Assembly: GCF_018977255.1 (NCBI RefSeq)
Contig: NW_024704742.1
Location: 45,138,001-45,202,000 of the forward strand
Origin: Callorhinchus milii
Lineage: Eukaryota
DNA: 64,000 nucleotides
Reading direction: 5' to 3'
Shown: piece after piece, positions 52,601 to 64,000 of the stretch
Layout of the letters: every line of letters begins with the position of its first letter
Numbering within the stretch: the stretch's first letter is position 1
The notes under the pieces: generated by a model
Told to the model about the DNA's origin: nothing
The model's input: the letters and a program-made list of their open reading frames with translations, nothing else
Databases searched by the model: none
Translations under genes and position numbers: made by a program

Positions 52601-53049
52601 AGATAAGACAACCTGTAGTCACATGGAAATAGGAATATCATAAGACAGCTTGAAGGTGTATATCAACTGTAAATCAAGAGCTTTTATTCCCTCAATGATG
52701 ATCTATGATGTCTAGCAAATTGTGGACTTGTGAATGCAAAATTCCTAGGGCTAACATCCAACTCATTCATGGTGAATCAATTGTGTGCTTCTAAGTTATT
52801 TCAGCCAACATTTGGAGGAGCAGGAGTATGTCTTCGAACCATGGCTTTTAGTAGTACATCAGCAAACCACTGACATACTTATATATGCAGCAACAACCTT
52901 TCCTATGGTTTAGTTAAAATTGTAGGTAGAAGAATTTATGCTAATCAGTAACATACCCCAGTAACATTACTGATTATGTTACAAATTGATTATTACAAAC
53001 AATACAATAATCAGTAACATAACTTTACAGCATATCCTTACACTAGATG

Positions 53050-53755
53050 TACAATATTAAAGGGGTTGAAGGAGCAGAGAGACCTGGGGGTTCATACAAG
53101 TAAATCTTTGAAGGTGGCAGGACAGGTAGATAAAGCTGTTAAAAAGCATATGGGATACTAGGCTTCATAAATAGGGACATAGAATACAAAAGTCAGGATG
53201 TTATGATGACCTTTATAAAACACTGGTTAGGCCTCAGGTAAAGTACTGTGTGCAGTTCTGGGCCGCACAGTTTAGGAAGGATGTCAAGGCATTGGAGAGG
53301 GTGCAAAGGAGATTACTAGGATGGTACCAGGAATGAGGGAACTTTTTGGAGCAGAGAAGGTTAAGAGGAGACTTAATAAAAGATTTTCAAAATTATGAGG
53401 GGATTCAATAGGGTGAACAAGGAGAAATTATTTCCACTGGCAGGTGGGTCGGTAACCCGAGGGCACTAATTCGAAATAGTTGTTAAAAGAAACAGAGAGG
53501 AGGTGAGGAGAATTCTTTTCACACAGAAAGTTGTTCAGATCTGGAATGCATTGCCTGAAAGGGTGGTGGAAGTCAAATTGATAATAGCTTTTAAGAGAGA
53601 AATAAATAATTATTTGAGGAGGACACGTTCGCAAGGCTATGGGTAGAAAGCAGGGGAGTGGGATTGAATCGGATAGCTCTTTTCAAAGAGTCGGTACAGA
53701 CACAATGAGGCAAATGGCCTCCTTCTGTGTTGTATAATTCTGATTCTATGATTCT
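53050..53755 (+). mobile_element. CR1 LINE 3' fragment
   Basis: [32 protein letters not shown], and a terminal (ATTCT/ATG)-type repeat typical of CR1 3' ends. Confidence 0.9.
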
Positions 53756-53794
53756 AGAGAAATCACATTATTTGCACATTTCCAAGGTCAATAA

Positions 53795-54230
53795 TAAAAA
53801 AAGAAGTTGCTGGGAACCCTCAGCAGGTCAGGCAGCATCTATGGAGAAAGGAAAGTGAGTCAAGGTTTTAGGTCCACAACATGTCATCGGAACTGGGTCA
53901 TGTTGGGAGAGAGAGGCTTTTAAGGACTAATGCAGAGTGAGAAGGTAGGGCAAGGAAGACAAAGGAGAAAATGGGGTAGAGGACAGGGGATGATGATTAA
54001 AGAGGTGTTAATGATGCAAAACAAAGGAGGGAATTGCAACATAACAGGCGGACCAGAGAGAGAAAAGGCGTGTCTGGGACCCAGATGATGTGGTAATGGT
54101 CACAGAAGAGAGGGGGGGAAGGTAAGCTGTTATGGTCTGAAATTGTTGAAATTAATTTTGAGCCCGGAGGTCCCAGGCAGGCAGGCAGGCAGGCAGACAG
54201 ACAGACAGACAGACAGACAGGCAGCCAAGC

Positions 54231-54303
<73 letters not shown>

Positions 54304-54412
54304 GGCAGGCAGGCAGGCAGACAGACAGGCAGGCTGGCAGGCAGGCAGGCAGGCAGGCAGGCAAATCGGTCACCCAATCTGCATTTGGTCTCCCCAATGT
54401 AGAGAAGGTCAA
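53795..54412 (-). mobile_element. Penelope-like element remnant (GIY-YIG) with microsatellite expansion
   Basis: LLYIGETKCRLGDRF GIY-YIG-type motif at ~54410-54362. The terminal segment (ctcagcaggtcaggcagcatctatggagaaaggaaagtgagtcaa) recurs at ~1663-1707. Confidence 0.72.
54175..54363. repeat. (CAGA)n/(CAGG)n compound microsatellite
   Basis: Directly visible in the sequence. Confidence 0.97.
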
Positions 54413-54419
54413 TAACTTT

Positions 54420-55500
54420 ACCAAGCAGTAAAACTTCAATCCATAGATTGCTCTTCGAGGAGCATCTGCAAATGACCAGAAGAAAGTGCTCAAATAATGT
54501 TGTATCTTGCATATTGCATAACACAACCATCAGAAGGGACATCCATCATTGGAAAATAGAACAAATGATAAGAAAGAGCACAAGCCTGCTACAGAAAAGA
54601 TTACTCGTGTTAGCGAGAGAGATCAGCATAAACCTCAGTGAATAACATTTGAAATGAGGAAACAGTCTTGTAAATGCAACTTCAATTCCTCCATACCCTC
54701 TACTCATGTCTCTTGAAGTATTATGTAACTCATGAAAAAGTGCACACGAAAGGCAACAACAAGAAATATCCTGTGTTATTTTGTATTGTTAGAGGACTCT
54801 GCACCAAACTCTGCTCCCCGATTACCCCAGTCCTCGCCAGACTGCACTGGCTCCCTATCCCAGAGAGGATCAATTTCAAAATTCTCACCCTTGTCTTCAA
54901 ATCCCTCCACTCCTCCACACCTCCCTACCTCTCTGACCGCCTCTCTCCTCAAAACAGTGTCTTTTGGCTTTGTTCCTCCAGGTCTGGCCTCCTTCTTGTT
55001 CTCCGAGTCCTCCGCTCCACCCTCGGCCTGAGGCTCTGGAACTCCCTTCCTCATTCCTTTCACCTTGCCCCTTCTCTTCCTACTTCCAAGTCTCTGCTGA
55101 AGACCTTACTTTTCGACCGTGCCTTTGGTCACCTTTCTCCACTTCCCCTTGGCTAGGCCCCGGGATCCGTTACTGTGAAGCACTCTGAGGTGCCGTCCAG
55201 CGTGGAGGGCGCTATATTAATCCAAGTTGTTGTTGAGAGAATTGATAGACAATTTCTCTTTCTATCCTCAATCATATATGTTTAAATTTTAGTCATAGGA
55301 AATTATATAGCTGAACGCAACCAAAATTGAGGATTAGATTCAAATTGATATATTTTCTGAATGTGTCAAGTGCACTGTCTTGATGCATATCATTCTGTGA
55401 TTTATCTCTTGCAACCTTACATTCTTGCACTGAGTGATGGCAGTATGTGGCTAGCTGCGTAATTTTGTTTTTGTCTATTATAGCAGTTCTATCTGAAGAA
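54420..55500 (-). pseudogene. Tyrosinase-family relic W (split by L2, truncated by Penelope-like element; weak)
   Basis: QCKNVRL ~ QCTEVRA. IEVAFTRLFPHF ~ LDLAKKRVHPDY. LANTS ~ FANCS. LQMLLEEQS (~54470) ~ MQEMLQEPS. Confidence 0.42.
54790..55235 (+). mobile_element. L2-clade LINE 3' fragment
   Basis: ITPVLARLHWLPIPERINFKIL...LWNSLP...LKTLLFDRAF, ending in a GTTGTTGTT tail. Confidence 0.9.
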
Positions 55501-55599
55501 TGAGTCACATTCAAGGGTGCTGATCAATTTGGAGGATATGAATGAGAGAAGCATCAACAGTATTCTCATAGATCTGAATATCAGAGCACAGAATAGGTC

Positions 55600-57340
55600 C
55601 TTCAGAGCCTGTACTGAGAGAGAAAAGAAAAAACCCAATTAGAAGTTAAGCTTGTGATGTATAAGACATGTGTCCAAATAGTTTTCTTGCAAAGTTCAGA
55701 ACGGCTGGCAGCAGAAGAGTTTCCTTCAGCCCATTTACAAAATCCAGGTCCAAACAGTAAGGTGGATTTGTAGTAAAGAGGAGATGTGGCTCACTTTTAA
55801 GCTTATGCCAACCTGCACATAATACTTTTCAGGATTAGGTAAACAGGGTGAGGAGAGAGTGTGCACTCCTACCAGGCAGACAGATATCATGCATATGTGG
55901 AACTATCACAGGTTTGGTTCACTCTATGTCAGATACCCAGCAGCTTAAAAAGCTCACTGAATAATTTGAGTTGTTAAATGTAAGGAGTCAAAGATGAATT
56001 TGAAGGAATGTTGGAGACATAAAGAATGGACTGTGTCCACATATAGGCCTGTGATATGATTTATATGCTGCTTGAGAACCAAATTACTGTCTATTAAATT
56101 GATGACTATCATTTCATGCAATTTGTTGTGGTAAATCTAGTATCTCTAACTACTGTCAAAGTATCCTTAGTGATGACTAGATTTATTTTGCTGTAAGATC
56201 TGCAAGCCTTTCTCTCTGAGCTGCATGGAGCTCTGTAGATACAGCTATAATCAAAGCAATTCACAACAATGCCTCTTAATTCACTGTTGTGGCTTAATAC
56301 AGAAGTTATTTGATAATTCCATAGCAGTCATTTTGCTGTATTGATATTCATATTTCTAAAACAATCCATTGCCTACACATACTCTGTATCACAGAGACAT
56401 TTGCGTAGAATGCCCATCCTCTGGCTCATAGTAATGCAGGTACAACACTTACACTGAGTCTGCAGCTCAGTTATACTCTGAAGATTACAGAAATCTCTGC
56501 AACCAGCTTTTCCTCCACATGAGCCTAAGCTTTACAACACAATCCTTGTTCCTGTGCTGATACATCTTTTCAGGTGAGTGCTCCTCTGGCCATGATGAAT
56601 ACGGATGCATAGATGCAGACACCAGGACTACGGTGTTGTGCTTGCTGTGGTAATGAGGGATATGGTGTTGTGTATTGCTATGGTGGTCATGAATTCCAGG
56701 TGATCTATTGCTAATTATAGGAAGAAGATAACATTTAAGAATGTATCATAAGGTAGTTATAACTCATGCAACATAAAGGTGTAAAAACTACTAACAATTT
56801 CATGAAATATGTATAAAGTCCAGCTCTGAATAGTTAGCTTGGTACTAACAGTACAGACTACATTCATGCTGCAACCAGAGAACACTTCATTTGAAAGTAA
56901 CTCAATTGTGTCCACAGTCGTGTGCCTCAGTTTAGGGTGGCCCACACTCTTCTGGCTTAATTCTAAACAATTTAGCCACTTTCTTTTTTAGGATCTGTAT
57001 TTCTGGCACTGTTCAGGTGGTCCTGTTCTTCTCTTTACTTGGACCTTGAATATAATCTACTCCTTTGTTAACATTTTTTGATGTTGTACCTTTTGTGGAC
57101 CATTTGCTAGCTGGAAAGACGCAAAGGGAAGGTTGTCCCTTTGGAATTTGAACTTGCTTAGTAATTTAGCAAAACAGTTTTCTGTAACTTCTGCTCTTTC
57201 CAATTTCCATATTGGTGTAATGGATATACATAATTGCTTGTCTTAATTCAAATCTTCATTGCACACTCATTTATTTATGCTAGTTGCTCAGATTCAGATG
57301 CAGATTGCTAAAGGAATTCTGAATTTGAAGCTGAAACCTA
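55600..57340 (-). pseudogene. Tyrosinase-family relic X (near full length)
   Basis: IFHE, then LPYDTF (56756) ~ LPYWNF. ASMHPYSSW (SSW 56598-56590) and SPEKMYQHRNKDC ~ ASFFSSW and SRLEEYNSHQSLC. FYAN ~ FYSN. AVSTELH ~ AVRSLH. VWTWIL (55755-55738) ~ TYR IWSWLL. Confidence 0.58.
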
Positions 57341-58528
57341 GACACTTCCTTAATGTTCATACTTAAGTGCCATTAAGGAATTATGCTCTGCTTTAATGTG
57401 AAATTGAGATGAATTCCACTCGATATTAGCTGGAAGTTTAAATGCCAGAATGAAAGCTCATGGGCTCAGCAATGTCTGTCCTGCTTTCATGTCACTATCT
57501 TGCAATTATAAAAGCTCAGGTGATCTAACATCAGATTTTGGACTATTCCAAGTGAATCTATATGAGCATTACATTTGTTCATTTAACTAGCCAAGGATTG
57601 TGGATGCCACCAACTGTGCACAGGATCAGTAACCATTGTTTATAGTCATGGTACATAATTTCTTCAATCTCAGGAATCATTATACATTTATGCCTAATAC
57701 ATCAAATATAATGTGCTTGATTCCAAAGGCTGTATGTGATCCAAAGTAATAAAACATGTTTCTTTTATTCTATATTTAAATTCTATGTTACTGAGAACAA
57801 TCCGGATAATGTTATATCAAACAGAAGATTAATTTCACTTGCTTCCCATTTTGTTTTGTATCTCCATCCTCTTCCCCTCTTGGTTTCATCATGCTATACA
57901 ATATTCTTCATGTCAATGAGCAGGCAGGTGGCCTATTCCTAAATCTTCACCAGTCATCTGATATTTGCCAAGCTGTAGTTCAAGTAGAAAGCATCAAAGC
58001 ATTTAAGAGGAAATTTACCTCATAATAATAAATAATAATCCCTGCATTTGATACAGTGCCTTATTACGTCTTCAAGATGTTTCAAAGAGATTTATGTATG
58101 ATAAAGCACAGAGTTGGGATTAGAAGGTTATGGAGATGTGTGTTCCTGGATCCTTAAAGGGTCATATTATCCTAGGGGTAATTTACTCTCAGATTTTCAC
58201 TTGCTGCCTATAACTCACAAAGTGAAACTTGGAAGTAGGATTAGGATGGGTGGAGGCTCTGAAAGATTGTGGGTTAGGATCCTGAGAAAATCTCCTTTCT
58301 CTTTGCTTATATTGACATAGGATCTTAATTGTCCACTTGAACAGGCAGATGGGACTTTAGTTTAATGTCTCATCAGAAAAATTCCACCTCTGGCGCTGGA
58401 ATATCAGTCTACGCTATGAGCTCACATCCTTATCCCACATAAGGGTGACTCAGAACCGAGAGTGTCTGCAATCAAATGAGACTGATACCTGAGAGAGAAA
58501 TTTGGAATTGAGACCATTCAACTGTCAG

Positions 58529-58908
58529 TGGAGTCCTGTAGCTCAGTGGTTAGAGCACTCGCCTCGTTAGCGAGGAGAACTGGGTTTGATTCCCGGGCAG
58601 GGCAAAACCTTGGGCAAATTTCCTTAATCTACATGCCCGTGTTTACCTAGCTGTAAGTAGGAACCCAGTTGTTAGTTGATTGGTGGATCCCTTTTCTGGG
58701 GATAATAATTCCATCAAAATAAAAATGTGAAAAAAATTGGGTCAGTCAATCCACGACAGTTCATGGGACACATCTGTGTGCAATTGACTGCCATGTTTCA
58801 CCCACAAATTATACAGTGAATTCACTTTACAGTATATGCTGTGAAGTGCTTTGAGACTCCTCAAAGATGTGATTAGGCGCAATATCAAATGCAAGAATTA
58901 TTTTTATT
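58529..58908 (+). mobile_element. tRNA-derived SINE, long form
   Basis: Full head, internal segment and tail. Confidence 0.88.
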
Positions 58909-61329
58909 AGTGCCTGTGTCCTGATAGCTCTTCACTGTAGCTACTTACTCTAATTTTATTGCTCTTTTCCCAATTTATCTTTATTCTTCTCGTATCTAAT
59001 TGACTTTGAAATAATAAACAGATCACCTGTTGCTATTTCACTTCCACGGTTCAGTTACATTTAACACATTCTGTATCACAATTAACCATAGCAAAAAGCA
59101 TCTACCTGGCCCAAAATGTTTCTAGTAATAATCTTGAGTTCATGCTCCCTTAATGTCAGTGCACCAACCATCCTGAATAAACTTTGAAAAACTTTCATAC
59201 TTTGAACGCTTCTCTTAGGTGGTATCTTAACCTTTTCTGCAGCTTTACAAAGCTAATTTGTTAAGCCTTTCATCGCAATGATATTTTCTCAGCTTCATGC
59301 ATCTTTTTCATTATTCTGATTCCCCTTCAATAACATTGTGTTGAAAACTGTACAGAATATTCCTTCTGGGCCCAAGCCACAATATCTTGTACAAATGTTC
59401 GCATTATTTCTTTACATTTATATTCTTTGCAACTATATATAAAACCCACCATTCCATTTGTTCATTTATGGCTTTTTTCCAGCAACAATCCTGTTTATAA
59501 AGATTGGTGGACCTCAATGGATAATCGTATCCTGGGGGTAATTTACTCTCTTATTTTCCCTTGCTGCCTATAACTCATCATGAGAAACACTTTGGGACTT
59601 TATAAGTTGTGCTATCAAATGCAAATATAGTAACATAGTAAGAATTTAAGGCAGGAGTGGACCATCAGCTCACAAAGTCTACCCAACCAATTTCCCACAA
59701 GATATTATTTATTATAAAGAAGTACTAAGCCTCTGATTAGTGTCTGCCCAAAGGCTTAACTGAAATTGGAAATACACCATATGGGATTTAGCTGCTGGGA
59801 CACCAATTCAATGTATTACCCTATAATTTTAACCAACTATTCCATCTTTCTTTTCTGTTGTGTGGGTTAACAGTGCACCTGTGCAGAGGTTTGCCTCCCT
59901 CTTTGTTTACCCCTCACACCATGATTGACACTTCTGTATCAATTGAATTGTTATGCATTATTCTGAGCTGTAGCTCTGAATTTCCAGTTTGCTAAACATA
60001 GATTAACAAATGGTTTTGGTTACTTTTAGTATTTCTTTCATTGCATTCCTCCCCCCTACCCAATATCATGCCACTTCTTTATCAGCTTAGCTCAGTTAGT
60101 TGTACTTTTGCTCTGTGTCAGAAGATGGTAGGTTCAAGATCTACATCAACAACAACAACAAGATTTCATTTATAGAGCGCCTTTCACGTCGGGAGGACGT
60201 CCTAAGGCGCTGGACAGTTGGGTCGGGACCCGAGCAAGGGGGAAATGGTCAGGGTGATGGGAGGGAAGGGAGGAAGCGAGGAGGGGGTCGAGAGTCATGA
60301 GGGGAGCTGAAGGCACGGTTGAAGAGAACTTTGAGCTCTCCATCTCAGCTGTCTCTCTCGTGCATTGCTGGAGGATTACTATATTATCAGAAGTGTTGTC
60401 CTTCAGAAGAGATGTGAGAACTAAGATCTTGTCTGTCTGTTCAGATGGATGTAAAGATCCCATAGCACTATCCATAAAGGGAAGTGAGTGTTCTCCCAGT
60501 GCCCAAGCCAACGATCCTCTTGGTAAAATTCATCATTCACTTCATGGCTATTTGTGGGGCATTGCTCTTAGCAAATTGGTCACTGCATTCCCCTATGAAA
60601 TTGTCACAACAAAAACTTTGAATTTATATAGCACCCTCCATGCAGGGTAGAGTCTCCGAGTGCTTAACAATGGCGGAGTCTGACTCCGAGCCGACAATCT
60701 TCTGGATAACACTCAAAATTACAGTCGGTGAAGGGCTTTGAGACATTTTGACAACTTGATTATGTGCTATACCAAATCTCCTGGTTGTAGTTTTATGGGC
60801 ACTACATGCCCCCTGATGCTTCACTCAAGTGGTCGTGATGTAGTCTTATGCCTTGACAATCAGGATTATCAGGCTATTTAATATGGGGAGTGTGGGGGGG
60901 AGGGCAGAGCAAAATTTGAGGTGAGCTCTCTCCTAAATTAATGTAGCTTCAAGTAAACGTCTCAGGATAGCAATTATATGTGGAATTCAGGCGCATTTTC
61001 CATTCCCTAACATTGGTCAATTATTCCGCCTCTCAATTAAACCACCTTTCCCACCAACAACAACAACAACAACAAGATTCCATTTATAAAGCGCCTTTCA
61101 CGTCAGGAGGACGTCCCAAGGCGCTGAAATGCACCACCAAGCATGGATCAGCTACCTCAGCACAGATCATACATTGAACCTGTAATCTCTGGTTTGCATG
61201 GGCAGTACAGAGAGAAGTAGGAGTTGTGTGCGTGCATGTGTATGTGGGGTGTGTGTTTGTGGGGGGTGGATGGAGGGAGGGCTGAGGGGGCTGAAGGGCG
61301 GGGGATGGGGGTTCTGCTTTAACCTATAA

Positions 61330-61735
61330 TAGCAACAAGATTACATTTGTATAGCGCCTTTCACATCGGGAGGACGTCCCAAGGCGCTTGACGCTGTAGA
61401 GCATTTCAGACCTGAGCTGGGGTCAGGGAGGGAAAAGGGAGGGGAGGGGAAGGGGGGTGGCCGATGGCATGGTCGAAGAGAAGGGTTTTAAGGCGGGACT
61501 TGAAGGAGACTAAGGAGGGGATGAGGCGGAGTGATTGGTGGATGAAATTCCAGAGGTTGGGGGTAGAGTGACTGAAGGCTCGCCCGTCAATGGTGGGTCG
61601 GGGGACGTGGATCAGGTCGGAGCCGGCTGAGTGGAGGAAGCGGGCAGGTTGGTAGGGTTTAGGAGTCCCATCCTCGCCCCACCCTACCTCTGGATCCTCT
61701 GAAGGGTAGGGAGCCAATGGAGTCGGGCGAGAATG
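61330..61735 (-). mobile_element. L2 3' fragment
   Basis: RAFSHSTPNLWN..SFKSRLKTLLFDHA, with an L2 tail at ~61335. Confidence 0.85.
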
Positions 61736-62194
61736 GGGAGACGGGGTTTCGGAGTTTGGTGCTCCGCAACCCCATCTCCCCATTGGAGACAATTCAGAAA
61801 TGATTTTTTTTTGTAGTGGTCAAGATATTTATTTCTTGCTTTGTGAATGTGCTAAACTGTAATAATCTTAGTTGAATTACTGAGTGGCTAAACCCTGATT
61901 GTTGGAGATATGCATGTACAATTTTATAAGGAACTATTGTGTTCCTTTGTATTTCTATGATGTTCAACTTACACAAGTAAGTCCTCAATAGGCATCAACA
62001 GACATAGAATCTTTTCCATTGGTTCTTGGTTAAGAAACTTAATTTACATGACAGAGGATAACATCAGTCTGGAATTAGAATTAATCTTTTTTTTCCTTCA
62101 ACCTTTGTGAATTACCCGGAGAGGTCTGTGACACACAATAGGAAATTGCAGTTGGCAGATTGATTGATTTGATGACCATGCACACCTAAGCATT

Positions 62195-62885
62195 TTGATG
62201 CTTTATAGATTATTGTCTCACCCCTCTCACCACCTGTCTCACCACTGCTTCATCCCTCAGGCTGCTGAAACCCTCACCCACGCATTCGTCACATCAAGGC
62301 TCGATTACGGAAACTCCCTCCTCATCGGCCTTCCCAACTCTTCCCTTTACAAACTGCAGATCATCCAAAACTCTGCACCTCATGTACTCTCGCGCACCAG
62401 GTTCCGTGACTCCATCACTCCCACCCTCGCCCGACTCCAATGGCTCCCCATCCCTCAGAGGATTGAGTTCAAGATCTTCATCCTCACTTTCAAGGCCATC
62501 CATGGCTTTGTCCCCTCCTACCTCTCTGACCTGCTGACTCCCTACTAACCTGCCCTCTCTGTCCGTTCAGTGGGTTCCCGTCTGCTCCTTGTCTCCCGCC
62601 CGACCCACCATCGGTGGCCAGGCTTTCAGCTTTTCTGCTCCCTCATTCTGGAACTCCATCCCACGATCCCTTCACTTCGCTTCCTCCCTTGCCTCCTTCA
62701 AGACCAGTCTCAAAACTCTTCTCTTCGACTGCACCTTTGGTCGCCCTCCCACCTCTCTGCCTTCCCTCACCCCTACACCACCCCTCCCCCATGCTTGGGC
62801 CCCAACACCTGACTGTTCAGCGCTTTGGGATGTTCTTCCAATGTGAAAGGCGCTCTATAAATGTAATTTTGTTATTGTTGTTGTC
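62195..62885 (+). mobile_element. L2-clade LINE 3' fragment
   Basis: AETLTHAFVTSRLDYGNSLL...ITPTLARLQWLP...FSFSAPSFWNSIP...FKTSLKTLLF, ending in a (TTG)n tail. Confidence 0.92.
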
Positions 62886-64000
62886 TATAAATTTAGTATA
62901 TATATTCTGTCTATGCTGCTATATTAACAGAACAAAAAAATCTTCAAAGGCTTCTGAATTGTATTGAAATTGAACATGTAGATGGCACCAAAGACAGATT
63001 AAGGGATCTGGGAGGCCTTGCTAGATCACACAGACCACAGAGCGACTGGAAGAGAGGCACAGATGAGATGTTGAGGCATCAATCATATCTGGGTCCTCAA
63101 GACCTCCTCAGACCTCAATACGCTAAGCCATGTTTTATCTGGGTTATTAGTCAATCCATCCCTGGATGGTAATGTTGATGTGAGCATCAGTGTTTCGCCT
63201 ACAAATATACGGTCAATTCACTTTACAAAACATTGTGTGAAGCGCTTTGAGATGTCTAGAAGACGTGAAAAGCGCTATATCAAATGCAAGGTTTATGATT
63301 ATTATTATTAGTGTTCTGTAATGAAAGTACAAAGTTGTAGGTGCCAGTTCAACCTCAATTATTGAGTCAGACGGTAGCAATTAGGGACTACGTCATTTCA
63401 AAACTAGAGGAGGCAAAATTGGGGAAGAGATTCATAGTTAAGAAAGGATGGTCCCTGGTGACTTTTTGCAAATGCAAGAGGCACTGTCAATGACGTAGAA
63501 ATAACACATGATCCAGCTTATTCAGATGCAGTAGCCCAAGTTGGATGGACAAAGAAGAAAATCACAAGATTTGTTTGGACGAAGAATGACCTTTGGCTCA
63601 TCTGCTCTCATCCTTCTAGAATGCCCTGCTGTACCCCATCACAGCAACAAACTGCTTTTTTTAAAAATGAGTCCAGTATCCTGGCCTCAACCACCTTCCT
63701 GACAACCTGCTTCAGTTCAACCCTCTACGTAAAGAAATGCTTCCTAGTACCTGTTCTGAAATTGCTCTTTCCCAGGGAAAATATTGTTAAAACCAATGGG
63801 GAAAGAACAGGGAATAACCGCAGAGTAGAGAATTTGGAAGAATTGGTACCAGCATAGACGCAATGGGCCAAATAGCCTTGTTCTTTCTCGTAAACTTTCG
63901 GTGATTCTAATCTCCATTCTCCTGCCTCACCTCAATGCTCTTTGTGCTGATGGAAACTTTTTTTNAAACAGGAAAACGTCTCAGAAATTGGATTTGGGCT

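Noticed and set aside
50667..54542. Repetitive ORFs (HSFI)n and (CLSV)n/(QTDR)n
   Set aside because: These are translations of microsatellites.
31141..55492. A spliced - strand gene from ORFs at 55.4, 54.4, 52.5, 46.5, 43.5, 42.7, 39.6, 36.9 and 31.2 kb
   Set aside because: It needs weak or GC donors and yields no recognisable protein. Each piece is better explained as part of a separate tyrosinase relic.
1..64000. CRISPR array, prokaryotic operon or endogenous virus
   Set aside because: No regularly spaced repeats, no long ORFs and no viral motifs were seen.

Overview
Vertebrate genomic DNA with a repeat content typical of a cartilaginous fish (inference from the L2 and CR1 LINE fragments, tRNA-derived and Deu-type SINEs and Penelope-like remnants). 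I cannot support any intact protein-coding gene, RNA gene or CRISPR array. The apparently unique DNA between the transposons is not random. Six-frame reading by eye repeatedly gives ordered, frame-broken motifs of the tyrosinase family (TYR/TYRP1/DCT): Cys-rich N-terminus, CuA, CuB and sometimes the C-terminal tail. About two dozen such decayed, apparently intronless segments tile the window: about 13 on + from 0.1 to 28.3 kb and about 11 on - from 28.5 to 57.3 kb, converging tail-to-tail near 28.4 kb. The window looks like a large fossil tandem array of tyrosinase-like genes, fragmented by later TE insertions. All protein matches were made by eye against remembered human TYR/TYRP1/DCT sequences. 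Single short matches could be chance, boundaries are approximate, and the copy number needs confirmation by a profile search.
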